Assembly (NCBI GenBank): GCA_048571215.1
Contig: CP182352.1
Location: 2,848,001 to 2,912,000 of the forward strand
Direction of reading: 5' to 3'
DNA length: 64,000 nucleotides
Source: Halarcobacter sp.
GTDB lineage: Bacteria; Campylobacterota; Campylobacteria; Campylobacterales; Arcobacteraceae
Under the pieces are notes generated by a model. The model was not told the DNA's origin. It did not search any database and saw only the letters and a list, made by a program, of their open reading frames with translations. Shown here piece after piece: positions 19,163-29,556 of the stretch. The position numbers and the translations under genes are program-made. The first letter of the stretch is position 1, and each line of letters starts with the position of its first letter.

Positions 19163-21067
19163 ATGCAATATAAAAATGAAAATACTATTTTAAAAATCAT
19201 AAAATACACCCCACCTATTTTTATTATAAGCATCTCCATTCTAATTACATTTTTTTTATATTACGATTATAAAACAACATATATCAAAGAGAGTGCTGTT
19301 ATTGAAAAAGAGTTTATAAAAGAAAATAAAAATTTAATTAAAAACAATGTAGATATAGTTTATAACAATATATTAAGAGTACAAAAGAGTACAGAGAAGA
19401 AACTAAAAGAATCACTAAAACAAAGGGTATATGAAGCATATGATATAGCTACAAATATATATAATGAAAACAAAGATAAAGATAAAAAAATTATTACAAA
19501 AATGATTAAAGATGCTCTTGCAAATATTAGATTTAATAAAGGCAGAGGATATTATTATATTTATTCATTTGATTATAAGTGTATTTTATTTCCACTCAAT
19601 AGAAGTGTTGAGGGTAAAAATTTTTATAATTTCAAAGATGGTAAAGGAGATTATCTAACAAGAGATATTATAAATCAATTGAAAAAACAAAAAGAGGGGT
19701 TTAAAACTTGGTATTTTTATAAACCTTCAGACAAAACTCACAACTATAAAAAAGTAGGTTTTAATAAATATTTTGAGCCTTTAGATTGGTTTATAGGAAC
19801 AGGTGAATATTTAGATGAATTTGAAGAAAGTGTTAAAAAACAGATTTTATCAAATATTAGTTCTTTAAGATATGTCAACAATAACTATATTTTTGTTTTA
19901 GATTATAAGGGCACTTATTTAAGTCATATTAAACCCTCTGTTGTTGGAAAAAGTGCTTTTAAAGCAAAAGATGTACAAAACACTCAACATATTATAAATA
20001 AAGCCATTGATATGGCAAAAAATAAAGGTCAAGGTTTTTTAAGTTATGTTCAGGACAAAAAACCTGATACCAATCTAGCCACACATAAAACTAGTTACGT
20101 AAGGGGTATAAATAAGTGGGAGTGGATTATAGGTCAAGGTTTTTATGATGATGATTATAAAATAAAACTGCAAGAAAAAAAACAAGAACTTGAAGAAAAG
20201 TTTAAATCATATATCTCGAATATACTAACAATTAGTGCTCTATTGATGGTAATTCTTCTAATGGTTTCAATATATATCTCAAAAGTTTTACAAAAAAAGT
20301 TTGATAAATATAAAAATGAGATAAACGAACATCTAAAAAATAATATTAAACAACAAGAGGTCTTAGCACACCAAAGTAAAATGGCTGCTATGGGTGAAAT
20401 GATAGGAAATATTGCCCACCAATGGAGACAACCTTTATCTGTTATAACAACAGCAGCAAGTGGTGTAAAATTAAACAAAGAACTAGATTTATTAAATGAT
20501 GATGATTTAATGAATTCAATGGATACTATAAATACCCAAGCAATCTATCTATCTAAAACTATTGAGGATTTTAGAAACTTCTTAAAAGTAAGCCATGATA
20601 AAAGTGACTTTAGTATAACTGAGGCTGTAGATGATGCAATAAACCTTACAAGTGTACAATTCAAATCAAAAGATATAATTGTAGTAAAAGAGATTGAAGA
20701 GTTTAAAATTTATGGAATAAAAAATCAATTTATTCAAGTAATAATAAATATTCTAAATAATGCAAAAGATGAATTAATAAAACTTGAAAATAAAAAAAGA
20801 ATAATATTAATTAGAAGTAAAATGTTAGATAATAAGGTTATTTTTACTATTCAAGATAGTGCAGGAGGTATTCCTGAAAATATTATTGATAGAGTATTTG
20901 AACCATACTTTAGTACAAAACACCAATTTCAAGGTACAGGTATTGGACTTTATATGTCTCAAGAGATTATTGTAAAAGTACTTAATGGTGAAATCAAAGC
21001 TGAAAACGATACCTTTATTTATGAAAAAGAGGAATACTACGGGGCTAAGTTTATAGTAAATCTTTAA
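19163..21067 (+). CDS. Cache-domain sensor histidine kinase
   Basis: Two TM segments flanking tandem Cache-like repeats (GYYYIY..WFIGTG; YIFV..WIIGQG); MGEMIGNIAHQWRQP; GTGIGLY. Confidence 0.9.
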   Translation: MQYKNENTILKIIKYTPPIFIISISILITFFLYYDYKTTYIKESAVIEKEFIKENKNLIKNNVDIVYNNILRVQKSTEKKLKESLKQRVYEAYDIATNIYNENKDKDKKIITKMIKDALANIRFNKGRGYYYIYSFDYKCILFPLNRSVEGKNFYNFKDGKGDYLTRDIINQLKKQKEGFKTWYFYKPSDKTHNYKKVGFNKYFEPLDWFIGTGEYLDEFEESVKKQILSNISSLRYVNNNYIFVLDYKGTYLSHIKPSVVGKSAFKAKDVQNTQHIINKAIDMAKNKGQGFLSYVQDKKPDTNLATHKTSYVRGINKWEWIIGQGFYDDDYKIKLQEKKQELEEKFKSYISNILTISALLMVILLMVSIYISKVLQKKFDKYKNEINEHLKNNIKQQEVLAHQSKMAAMGEMIGNIAHQWRQPLSVITTAASGVKLNKELDLLNDDDLMNSMDTINTQAIYLSKTIEDFRNFLKVSHDKSDFSITEAVDDAINLTSVQFKSKDIIVVKEIEEFKIYGIKNQFIQVIINILNNAKDELIKLENKKRIILIRSKMLDNKVIFTIQDSAGGIPENIIDRVFEPYFSTKHQFQGTGIGLYMSQEIIVKVLNGEIKAENDTFIYEKEEYYGAKFIVNL

Positions 21068-21099
21068 AATTAAAGAGTTATATAAACTTATAAGAAATT

Positions 21100-21942
21100 T
21101 TAGTTTAAAAAACTATCTTCTACTCTTTGCATCTCTTTTTTAGAGCCAAAATAAAAAGGTGTTTTTTGATCTATTGATACATTTGTCATATCAAGGATTC
21201 GCCCCTTAGGACTTATAGCTCTTCCCCCTGCTTCTTCTATAATATATGAAATAGGAAAGGCTTCAAAAATAACCTCATGTTTTCCATCAGGAAAAGATTT
21301 TGTAGCTGGACTTGAATACAGCCCACCTTTTTTAAATAAAATTTGATGTGTGTCTAAAGCTAAAGAATCAGAAAATCTAAGTCTATAACCCTCATTAAAA
21401 AATGTATCAATTAACTCTTTATGCTCTTTAGTCCATTCACTTGCTAATCCACCAGTTGAATTGATTTTTCCACTGTTATCTAATTTTAATGGGTCTTGTT
21501 CTATAAATTCTCCATCTTCATATGAAAAATAAATAACCCCTTCTGATTTTGAAGCAAATACTAACTGAAAAGTTGGACCATAAGTTATATACATGGCTGC
21601 TTTTAAGTGAAAAGCATCCATTTGTTTTTCATAGATACCAAAAATAGTACCTAAAGAGAAATCAACATCAATTAAATCTAAATTATCAATGGCAACATAA
21701 CTAATTTTATATCTACCATTTTCATTTATTGTTGAATATTTCTTTGAATATTTACCAATAAATCCATGTACTGATTTAACTTTGTTAAACTCTCTTCTAA
21801 TAACCTTCGAACAATATTCATTTACACTTTTATGCATCTGCTCGTCAGTTAAACCACTTGAGATAAACTTATCACAATCTACGAATACATTTTTTTCAAT
21901 ATCTTCGGCAATATTTGTAATTGCGTTGAAAACTGCTATCAT
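21100..21942 (-). CDS. Class I fructose-1,6-bisphosphatase-like protein, divergent active site
   Basis: SLGTIFGIY, YITYGP, DTHQIL..GGLY, FEAFP..YIIEEAGG; canonical DPLDGS absent. Confidence 0.75.
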   Translation of the reverse strand: MIAVFNAITNIAEDIEKNVFVDCDKFISSGLTDEQMHKSVNEYCSKVIRREFNKVKSVHGFIGKYSKKYSTINENGRYKISYVAIDNLDLIDVDFSLGTIFGIYEKQMDAFHLKAAMYITYGPTFQLVFASKSEGVIYFSYEDGEFIEQDPLKLDNSGKINSTGGLASEWTKEHKELIDTFFNEGYRLRFSDSLALDTHQILFKKGGLYSSPATKSFPDGKHEVIFEAFPISYIIEEAGGRAISPKGRILDMTNVSIDQKTPFYFGSKKEMQRVEDSFLN

Positions 21943-21953
21943 TTATATAAACC

Positions 21954-23540
21954 CTAACTTGTTATAAATATTTTAAAATCGATAAAATTAAATATTGAGT
22001 TTTTATATTCACAATATTGTAATTTGTCAAAATCGATATTATTGTCTTCAATCATACCAAGTAATTCATTAAAGTTCGATATATGCTCTTTTGTTCTATT
22101 TACGCTATATTCAGTTGCAGTGGCTGTTGTCATTAAAAATGCCCAGTCACTACTTTGTGCTAATAGAAGCTCCCTTAACATTTGATTCAGAACTCTAGTG
22201 GTATTAAAATCTGTTGTATGAAAATACTCTAAAGCTTTCTCTTCCATATTTATAGCCATTTCATGAAGATGTCTATATATCCAAGAGTTTGTATTATTTA
22301 ACCAAACATCATAATACCCTTTATCTCCCCAAGATGATGGGTTTGGTTTTACCATTTGATTTTGTGGATTCATATTTAGATACTCTATTGGGGTTATCGC
22401 TTTTATATTTTCATTTTCATTTAACTGTTTAAAAATATTATATAAAAACTCTGGACCTTCAAACCACCAATGACCAAACAATTCTGCATCATAAGGTGAA
22501 ACTATCATAGGAGACTTGCTCATTAGGTTTTTTAATCCAAAAATTTGCTCTTCTCTTTTTGCTATAAAATCTTTCGCATGACCTATAGTTTTCTCTTTTG
22601 CAATTTTTGGATTATAAGCTTCCTTATAATCACTTGCACCTGTAATTTTATGATATTTAAATCCTGTAAATACTCTAATCCCATCTGGATTAATATAAGG
22701 TCTGATATATTCGAAATCTAAGTCATAACCAATATCTCTATAAAAATCTCTATAAGCAAAATCTCCAGGATAGCCCTCTTTTGAACTCCAAACTTGCTTA
22801 GAAGAGTGTGCATCTCTTGCAAATGCTGCAACACTATTTGGTGTATAACAAGGAGCATAAACTCCATTTACAGCTGTTGGTCTTCCATATGTTAAAGCAT
22901 GAGAATCCACAATAAAAAACTTTACTCCTTTTTCATTTAAGATTTTATCAAGCCCATCATAATATGCACATTCAGGAAGCCAAATCCCTTTAGGAGCTTT
23001 ATTAAAATGTTTTTTATGAGATTGTACAGCTATTTCTATTTGTGTTCTAACAGCTTGCTCATTTACACTTAGAAGTGGTAAAAATCCATGGGTGGCACCA
23101 CAAGTAATCACCTCTAAAGAACCTTTATCATAAAAATATCTATATCCATTTAAAACATTCTCTTCTAAAAATCCTTTAAAAAACTCTTCACTTTGTTCAA
23201 ATATATCCCTATAAAAAATTGCAAGTTCATGGAACTCTTCATCCCCAACAGTTCTTTTAACCTCTTTATTTCCTAACTCAATAAGTTTTTCTAAATATTT
23301 TTTATATTTTTCCATTAGGTGGGCATCATCTAACATCTCTGCTAATGGGGGAGTAATAGATACTGTAAGTTTAAAATCAATCCCCTCTTCTTCTAGAAGT
23401 CTAAGTCTTCTAAGAAGTGGAATATAACACTCTGTGATAGCTTCAAAAAGCCAATGTTCTTCTAAAAAGTTGTCATATTCTGGATGTTTCACAAAGGGTA
23501 GATGTGAGTGTAATACGGGTACCCAATAGCCATTAATCAT
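21954..23540 (-). CDS. GH57 1,4-alpha-glucan branching enzyme
   Basis: HSHLP, WLPEC, YDAELFGHWW, AQSSDWAF; start set at ATG 23540 after AAGGA. Confidence 0.88.
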   Translation of the reverse strand: MINGYWVPVLHSHLPFVKHPEYDNFLEEHWLFEAITECYIPLLRRLRLLEEEGIDFKLTVSITPPLAEMLDDAHLMEKYKKYLEKLIELGNKEVKRTVGDEEFHELAIFYRDIFEQSEEFFKGFLEENVLNGYRYFYDKGSLEVITCGATHGFLPLLSVNEQAVRTQIEIAVQSHKKHFNKAPKGIWLPECAYYDGLDKILNEKGVKFFIVDSHALTYGRPTAVNGVYAPCYTPNSVAAFARDAHSSKQVWSSKEGYPGDFAYRDFYRDIGYDLDFEYIRPYINPDGIRVFTGFKYHKITGASDYKEAYNPKIAKEKTIGHAKDFIAKREEQIFGLKNLMSKSPMIVSPYDAELFGHWWFEGPEFLYNIFKQLNENENIKAITPIEYLNMNPQNQMVKPNPSSWGDKGYYDVWLNNTNSWIYRHLHEMAINMEEKALEYFHTTDFNTTRVLNQMLRELLLAQSSDWAFLMTTATATEYSVNRTKEHISNFNELLGMIEDNNIDFDKLQYCEYKNSIFNFIDFKIFITS

Positions 23541-24177
23541 TTTCATTTCCTTTGTGTAAGTTATATGAGCTTTGATTTTGTTTATCATATCCATCAAACT
23601 CTCTTAATTGTTCAATCTCTTCAACATATTTTGCAGATGACATACCTAAAGTAAAGTGTTGCATAGAAGATCGTATAATCTCTGTCCAACCTTTTGTTCT
23701 TTTTATCCAAATCTCATCTTCTTCATCAGGTATTTTTATAGTTGTTGAAAAAGTATGAATTGTATTTGAGGTAAGCAATTCAACAAGCTTATCATCTTTT
23801 AGAATATAAAGTTTAACATAGATATCTAAATCCTCAAATTGCTCTTTTATAAAGTGTTCACCTAATGCAAAAGATGATTCAAAAGTATTTAACAATTCAC
23901 CATTTATATCATATAACTTAAAATATAGTTTATCTTTATTTAAATCTATATTATTAACCTCTATTGTATTATCATCAACTTCCCAATATATATAGTAACT
24001 TGTAGTGTTTACAAGTAGAATTACAAGACGATTTTTATTGTACCGTACTGGGATATCATAGGAGTTTTGCATAGGTATAATATCACTTGCAATTGAGTTT
24101 ATTATATGAGATGAAGATGAGAAATCATCTTCAATTTCCAGACTTTCGTTTATTAATTTTTTTGCATTTTCATTCAT
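23533..24177 (-). CDS. DUF4912-like protein
   Basis: IPVRYNKNRLVILLV..YYIYWEV and ..SN.I motif; typical neighbour of GH57 branching enzymes. Confidence 0.65.
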   Translation of the reverse strand: MNENAKKLINESLEIEDDFSSSSHIINSIASDIIPMQNSYDIPVRYNKNRLVILLVNTTSYYIYWEVDDNTIEVNNIDLNKDKLYFKLYDINGELLNTFESSFALGEHFIKEQFEDLDIYVKLYILKDDKLVELLTSNTIHTFSTTIKIPDEEDEIWIKRTKGWTEIIRSSMQHFTLGMSSAKYVEEIEQLREFDGYDKQNQSSYNLHKGNEND

Positions 24178-24254
24178 TTTTATATCCTAATTATGAAATA
24201 TTTATATTCTATCATATTATACTAATATTAGATTGTATAAAATCTATATAAATA

Positions 24255-25469
24255 TTATTTGCCAATTTTATCTAAATTTTCTACCCCAGGTAGAAATTTA
24301 CCCTCAAGTAACTCTAAACTAGCTCCACCACCAGTTGAAATAAAAGAAAAATTCTCTTTTTCTCCTGCTTTATCTGCAGCATTAGCCGTATCTCCACCAC
24401 CAACAATACTATAAGCATAAGTATCTGCTATAGCATGAGCTATTCTATATGTTCCTTTTGAGAACATATCTATCTCAAATATCCCCATAGGTCCATTCCA
24501 GATAATTGTATTTGACAATCCTATAGCTTCTTCAAAAAGTTTTACACTTGCTGGACCTATATCAACTGCTTTAAACCCTTCTAGGATATCTTGTACAGGG
24601 ACAATTTTAACATCAATAGGATGTTCTATATTATCAGTTATAACTAAATCCACAGGCAAATAAACCTTTACCCCTTTTTGTTTTGCTTCATCTAAAATAG
24701 CTAAGGCTTCAAGTAAAAACTCATCTTCGTATAAAGACTCTTTCATATCATGCCCTAAGGCCTTCAAAAAAGTATTACTCATAGCCCCACCAATTATAAT
24801 CTTATCAACCTTTGGTAAAATATTTTTAAGTAAGGTGATTTTTGATGAAACCTTTGCTCCACCAATTACTAAATTTATAGGTTTTAATGGCTTAAATAAA
24901 GCCTTTGCAAAAGCATCAATCTCCTTTTTTAATAAAAATCCAGCTACATTTACCTTACAAAAATTAGCTAAGCCATAAGTTGAACTATGTTTTCTATGGC
25001 TTGCACCAAAAGCATCATTTACATAAATATCACAAAGTTTTGATAAGTTTTCAGCTAAAAGCTGATCATTTTTTGTTTCCCCTTCATAAAATCTAATATT
25101 TTCTAAAAGGATAATTTTATTTGATTTTTCAGAGTTTATATAATCTATTTGCTCTTCAAAGTTTTCAATAAGTTCAATCTCCTCATCTAAAACCCTTTTT
25201 AATCTTTTTATAATAAATCTTAGAGAAAATCTATCTTTATCCTCCCCTTTGGGTCTACCAAGATGGCTTACAAGAACGATTTTTTTTGCTTTATTATCAA
25301 TACAATAGTTTATAGTTGGCAATGCTGCTTTTATTCTACTATCATCTGTTATATTGTGATGTGAATCCATAGGTACATTAAAATCTACTCGTATCAAGAC
25401 TCTTTTTTCATATACATCAATATCTTTTAAGCTCTTAACCTCTTGCATTTTCTCTAAATTTGTATGCAT
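24255..25469 (-). CDS. pgk: Phosphoglycerate kinase
   Basis: RVDFNVP, SHLGRP, NDAFGASHR, STGGGASLE. Confidence 0.97.
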   Translation of the reverse strand: MHTNLEKMQEVKSLKDIDVYEKRVLIRVDFNVPMDSHHNITDDSRIKAALPTINYCIDNKAKKIVLVSHLGRPKGEDKDRFSLRFIIKRLKRVLDEEIELIENFEEQIDYINSEKSNKIILLENIRFYEGETKNDQLLAENLSKLCDIYVNDAFGASHRKHSSTYGLANFCKVNVAGFLLKKEIDAFAKALFKPLKPINLVIGGAKVSSKITLLKNILPKVDKIIIGGAMSNTFLKALGHDMKESLYEDEFLLEALAILDEAKQKGVKVYLPVDLVITDNIEHPIDVKIVPVQDILEGFKAVDIGPASVKLFEEAIGLSNTIIWNGPMGIFEIDMFSKGTYRIAHAIADTYAYSIVGGGDTANAADKAGEKENFSFISTGGGASLELLEGKFLPGVENLDKIGK

Positions 25470-25478
25470 GAAAAACCT

Positions 25479-27122
25479 TTATTTATTGTACATTCGCGAA
25501 TAATACTCATGAACCATTCTACCTGAATCAAAGGCAGGAATAACATCAGTTATAGAGTTTTTCATAATCTCTAACCAAGCTTTATTATCATTGTAATACA
25601 AAGGGATAATTTTATTTTCTAATAAATCCATCATATTTGTACTATCAAGTCTATCTTGCTCTTCTAAAGGTAAGTCTTGGGCTAAGGTTGGAATTGTAAA
25701 ACTATTAACTCCCTCTTTACAAAACTCTGGATGCCAACCATCAGCTATTGATAGATTTACTGCTCCATTCATTGCAGCACTCATACCACTTGTACCACTA
25801 GCTTCTCTAGTAACTCTTGGAGTATTTAGCCAAATATCAGATCCCTTTTTAAGTTTCATTGATAAATCAAGTTCATACCCTATAAGTACTGCTATATTTT
25901 TATAATTTCTAGCCATATAAATCAAATCATTGAAAATATTTATAGCTTGGGTATCAAAAGGATAAGGTTTTCCTGCCCATATTATTTGAACAGGATATTT
26001 TGTATTTGTAATCAAGTCTATAAATCTTTGTAAATCATATTTTAATAAGCCAGGTCTTTTATATTCTGCAAATCTTCTTGCCCAAACAATTGTTAATATA
26101 TTTGGATCCATCATTTTACCTGTTTGATTAGCTACAGTTACAAATAACTCCCTTTTTAGGTGTTTTTTTCTTGCATCAAGTTGAAAATCTTCATGTTCAT
26201 CTAAAGCACGAATAAGACCATTGTCTGTCCAATATCTTCTATTTTGGGCATTTGTTATAGATATTATTTCACATTTATCTTCTACCTTTGCCCACATTTT
26301 ATTTGCAACTTCTCCATGTATTTTAGATACACCATTTGCAATTTTTGATAGTTTTAAAGCCCCCACTGTTAAACTAAAACTTTCACTTTGACTCCCCATT
26401 ATGCTTTTTACCTCATCAAGGCTCAAACCTGCAAAAAATCCCATTTTGTGTAACATATTGATATTGTGTTCTTCATTTCCTGCAGCTTCAGGAGTATGGG
26501 TTGTAAAAACAACTCTTTTTTTAATCTCATCTTTATTTTGATATTTTTTATATAATTCAAAAGCCATAGGTAAAGAATGACCTTCATTCATATGAAAGAT
26601 TTCAGTTTGATGATTTAAGGCTTCAAGTATTTTTGTTCCACCAATACCTAAAACAATCTCCTGAGCAATTCTTGTTTCACTATTTGAATCATAAAGTTTA
26701 TGGGTAATTGTTCTTGATAGATAATCATTTTCATCCACATCTGTTGACAATAAAATTAATGGTGCAGTTGAAAAAAGATTACAAGGAACCAAGTATGCTT
26801 TCACTACTACTGGTTTACCATTTATATCAACAGTTACACTAATATTCAAATCTTCTAAAAAATAGTATCTTTTTCTTCTAAATGCAACCTTTAAATATCT
26901 ATTCTCTTCTCTTTCTTGGTCATAATAACCATAACTCCATAAAATTCCAATACCAACAAGGTTTTGTTTCAAATCAAAGGCACTTCTCATATGAGAGCCA
27001 GCTAAAAATCCCAATCCCCCTGAATATATTTTAAGCGCTTGGTGAATTGCAAACTCCATAGAAAAGTAAGCAACAGATTTTGTATATTTTTCATCAATTT
27101 CATAAGTATGTAAGCTACCCAT
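25479..27122 (-). CDS. glgP: Alpha-glucan phosphorylase (short form)
   Basis: YFSMEF, YSGGLGFLAG, NEGH, ARRFAEYKR, EASGTSGM. Confidence 0.92.
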   Translation of the reverse strand: MGSLHTYEIDEKYTKSVAYFSMEFAIHQALKIYSGGLGFLAGSHMRSAFDLKQNLVGIGILWSYGYYDQEREENRYLKVAFRRKRYYFLEDLNISVTVDINGKPVVVKAYLVPCNLFSTAPLILLSTDVDENDYLSRTITHKLYDSNSETRIAQEIVLGIGGTKILEALNHQTEIFHMNEGHSLPMAFELYKKYQNKDEIKKRVVFTTHTPEAAGNEEHNINMLHKMGFFAGLSLDEVKSIMGSQSESFSLTVGALKLSKIANGVSKIHGEVANKMWAKVEDKCEIISITNAQNRRYWTDNGLIRALDEHEDFQLDARKKHLKRELFVTVANQTGKMMDPNILTIVWARRFAEYKRPGLLKYDLQRFIDLITNTKYPVQIIWAGKPYPFDTQAINIFNDLIYMARNYKNIAVLIGYELDLSMKLKKGSDIWLNTPRVTREASGTSGMSAAMNGAVNLSIADGWHPEFCKEGVNSFTIPTLAQDLPLEEQDRLDSTNMMDLLENKIIPLYYNDNKAWLEIMKNSITDVIPAFDSGRMVHEYYSRMYNK

Positions 27123-28549
27123 TAATTTTCCCTTTTATAAAGTTTTTTATATTCATTTGCCGAATTTTTCCAAGAGTTATCAACTCCCATATTATGTTTA
27201 GAGATTTTTTCAAATTTAGATTTATTTCCATATAAAGAAAAAGCCTTTGTTAGGGCATGATTAAACCAAAAAATATTGTGTTCATCAAAAGTTATACCAA
27301 TACCTAGATTAGTGTTCATATCTTTTGTATCTGTAAAATCTATAACCGTATCTTTCAAACCACCAGTTTTTGCAACAATTGGCAAAGAACCATATCTCAT
27401 ACAAATCATTTGATTTAAACCACAAGGTTCAAAAATAGAAGGCATTAAAAGGAAATCAGAACTTGCATAAAGTCTTCTTGATAAAGCTTCATCATAACCA
27501 ACTTTTATATGTATATTTTCATATTTGCCAATCAATTTACTAAAAGCTTTATTATAAAACTCTTCCCCATTTCCTAAAAAAACAAAGTTTGCTTCGTAGG
27601 TTCTAAAAAGCTCTATTGCTTCAAATAATAAATCAATCCCTTTTTGTGATGTAAATCTTCCAATAAATACAAAAAGTGCACGATCTTCATCATTTAGATT
27701 TAATTCTTTAAGTAAAAGTTTTTTATTCTCTTTTTTTAATTTATAACTATCTTTGTCAAAGTTTTTAGCAATATTTTTATCGGTTTTAGGATTAAAAACC
27801 TCATTACTTATACCATTTACTATCCCTTGGAGTTTAAAACTATTTGTTCTTAAAGTTTCATCTAAACCACTCCCAAAAATAGGTGTTTGAATCTCATTAG
27901 CATAAGATTTGCTAACAGTAGTTACCTTATCACTGTAAAATATTCCTGCTTTTAGTAGATTTACCTTATCAAAGTACTCTAAAGCTTGTGGTTTAAAACA
28001 CTCAACCCAATCTATCTCAAGCTCACCCATTAGCTTTTTATCAAAAATACCTTGGTATGCTAAATTATGTATTGTTAATATAATCTTTTGCTTTAGTTTG
28101 TATCTAGTTTTAGCCAATAAAGCTATCAATGAGCTTTGCCAGTCATTTATATGTATAGCTTCAATATCTAGCTTTTGTCTAATCATAACCTCTAATGCAG
28201 CGTATGAAAAGAGTCCAAACCTTAAGCCATTGTCTCCAAAGTCTCCAAAATCATCATTATATAAACCTAATCTATCACATAAAATTGGATTATATACAAA
28301 TAAATCATCTGGATTATCTTTTTTATGAAAAATATCAAACTGATGCCTAACTCCACACAACCAATACTCAAAAGTTAAACCACTATATACTATATTGAAT
28401 TTATCCCTGTCTATTTGGTTATAAAGGGGCATTATTGTATATACTTTTGTATCTTCTCTTAATGCTTCAGGAAGAGCATATGCAACATCCGCTAAGCCTC
28501 CACTTTTGGCATAAGGAAAAATCTCACTTGATGCAAATAAAATTGCCAT
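27122..28549 (-). CDS. glgA: Glycogen synthase (GT5)
   Basis: KSGGLADV, HINDWQ, TIHNLAYQG, PSIFEPCGL. Confidence 0.95.
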   Translation of the reverse strand: MAILFASSEIFPYAKSGGLADVAYALPEALREDTKVYTIMPLYNQIDRDKFNIVYSGLTFEYWLCGVRHQFDIFHKKDNPDDLFVYNPILCDRLGLYNDDFGDFGDNGLRFGLFSYAALEVMIRQKLDIEAIHINDWQSSLIALLAKTRYKLKQKIILTIHNLAYQGIFDKKLMGELEIDWVECFKPQALEYFDKVNLLKAGIFYSDKVTTVSKSYANEIQTPIFGSGLDETLRTNSFKLQGIVNGISNEVFNPKTDKNIAKNFDKDSYKLKKENKKLLLKELNLNDEDRALFVFIGRFTSQKGIDLLFEAIELFRTYEANFVFLGNGEEFYNKAFSKLIGKYENIHIKVGYDEALSRRLYASSDFLLMPSIFEPCGLNQMICMRYGSLPIVAKTGGLKDTVIDFTDTKDMNTNLGIGITFDEHNIFWFNHALTKAFSLYGNKSKFEKISKHNMGVDNSWKNSANEYKKLYKREN

Positions 28550-29544
28550 TAACTCTCCTTGTATATTGTTGCAGCTGTTTCTGGCATAACTACATTTATA
28601 GCCATATCACTGCCCAATTCAAAACCAGCTTGTTTATAGATTCTTGGTTTTAACTCAATATTAAATCTAAAGTAATCTTTTGTATGTTCATCATACCCTT
28701 TATAAGGTGCATTATTAATAATCATATTAAAAGGGATTTCACCTAAGGCGCTATAAAATTTTGAAAAAAACTCTTTTATAATATCACTTAAAGAGGAGAT
28801 ATCACTTTTATTGAATTCATATAAAGATGACAATCTTTTTTTAGCAACAATCTTAACTTCAAAAGCAAAAGAAGAGGCATAAGGGCAATACAAAATAAAC
28901 TCTTGATTTTGCGTAATAATATTCTTTTTATAAGCTAACTCTTCATATACCAAATCATCAAATAATGCTCTTTTGTGTTTATTAAAATACTCTTTTTTAT
29001 ACTCTATTTCCTCTTTTGTTTTTTTAGGTAAAAAAGGCATAGCAATTATTTGACTATGGGAGTGGGTCATTGAAGCACCTGCATGTTCACCATGATTTTT
29101 AAATACAGAGATATACTCTAATCTATTATCATTTTTAAGTGCACAAACTCTATTTTGTATAATTGTAAAATAGTTAACTAGATCATTAAAACTATAATCC
29201 CAAATTTGTTTATCATGAATTGGAGTTTCTATTACAATCTCATGGGCTCCAAAACCATTTTGTTTTTCAAAAAAACTATCCCTTTTTGAAGTTAAAGGAA
29301 CATCTATTGATAAAGCATTATAAAGATTTGGAACCACCCTACATTGCCAAACATTATTTTGCGTAATTCTTGTTATTTCATTTGGTGTAAATTGCTCTTT
29401 TCCTAAATCAAAAGGACACTCATTATCTATAATCTCTTTAGGTTTTGGTTCTTTTTTATTGTGGAGATTATTAGGTCGTTTTAACCTCTCAGGAGCAAAA
29501 AGTGTCCACTCTCTTTTTAGTTTACAATATCTAAATTCTGACAA
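28549..29544 (-). CDS. GalT-like nucleotidyltransferase (HIT superfamily)
   Basis: CPF, VVPNLY, HEIVIETP, NHG..AGASMTHSHSQ, AGFELG. Confidence 0.85.
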   Translation of the reverse strand: MSEFRYCKLKREWTLFAPERLKRPNNLHNKKEPKPKEIIDNECPFDLGKEQFTPNEITRITQNNVWQCRVVPNLYNALSIDVPLTSKRDSFFEKQNGFGAHEIVIETPIHDKQIWDYSFNDLVNYFTIIQNRVCALKNDNRLEYISVFKNHGEHAGASMTHSHSQIIAMPFLPKKTKEEIEYKKEYFNKHKRALFDDLVYEELAYKKNIITQNQEFILYCPYASSFAFEVKIVAKKRLSSLYEFNKSDISSLSDIIKEFFSKFYSALGEIPFNMIINNAPYKGYDEHTKDYFRFNIELKPRIYKQAGFELGSDMAINVVMPETAATIYKES

Positions 29545-29556
29545 AATTTCTCCTAA

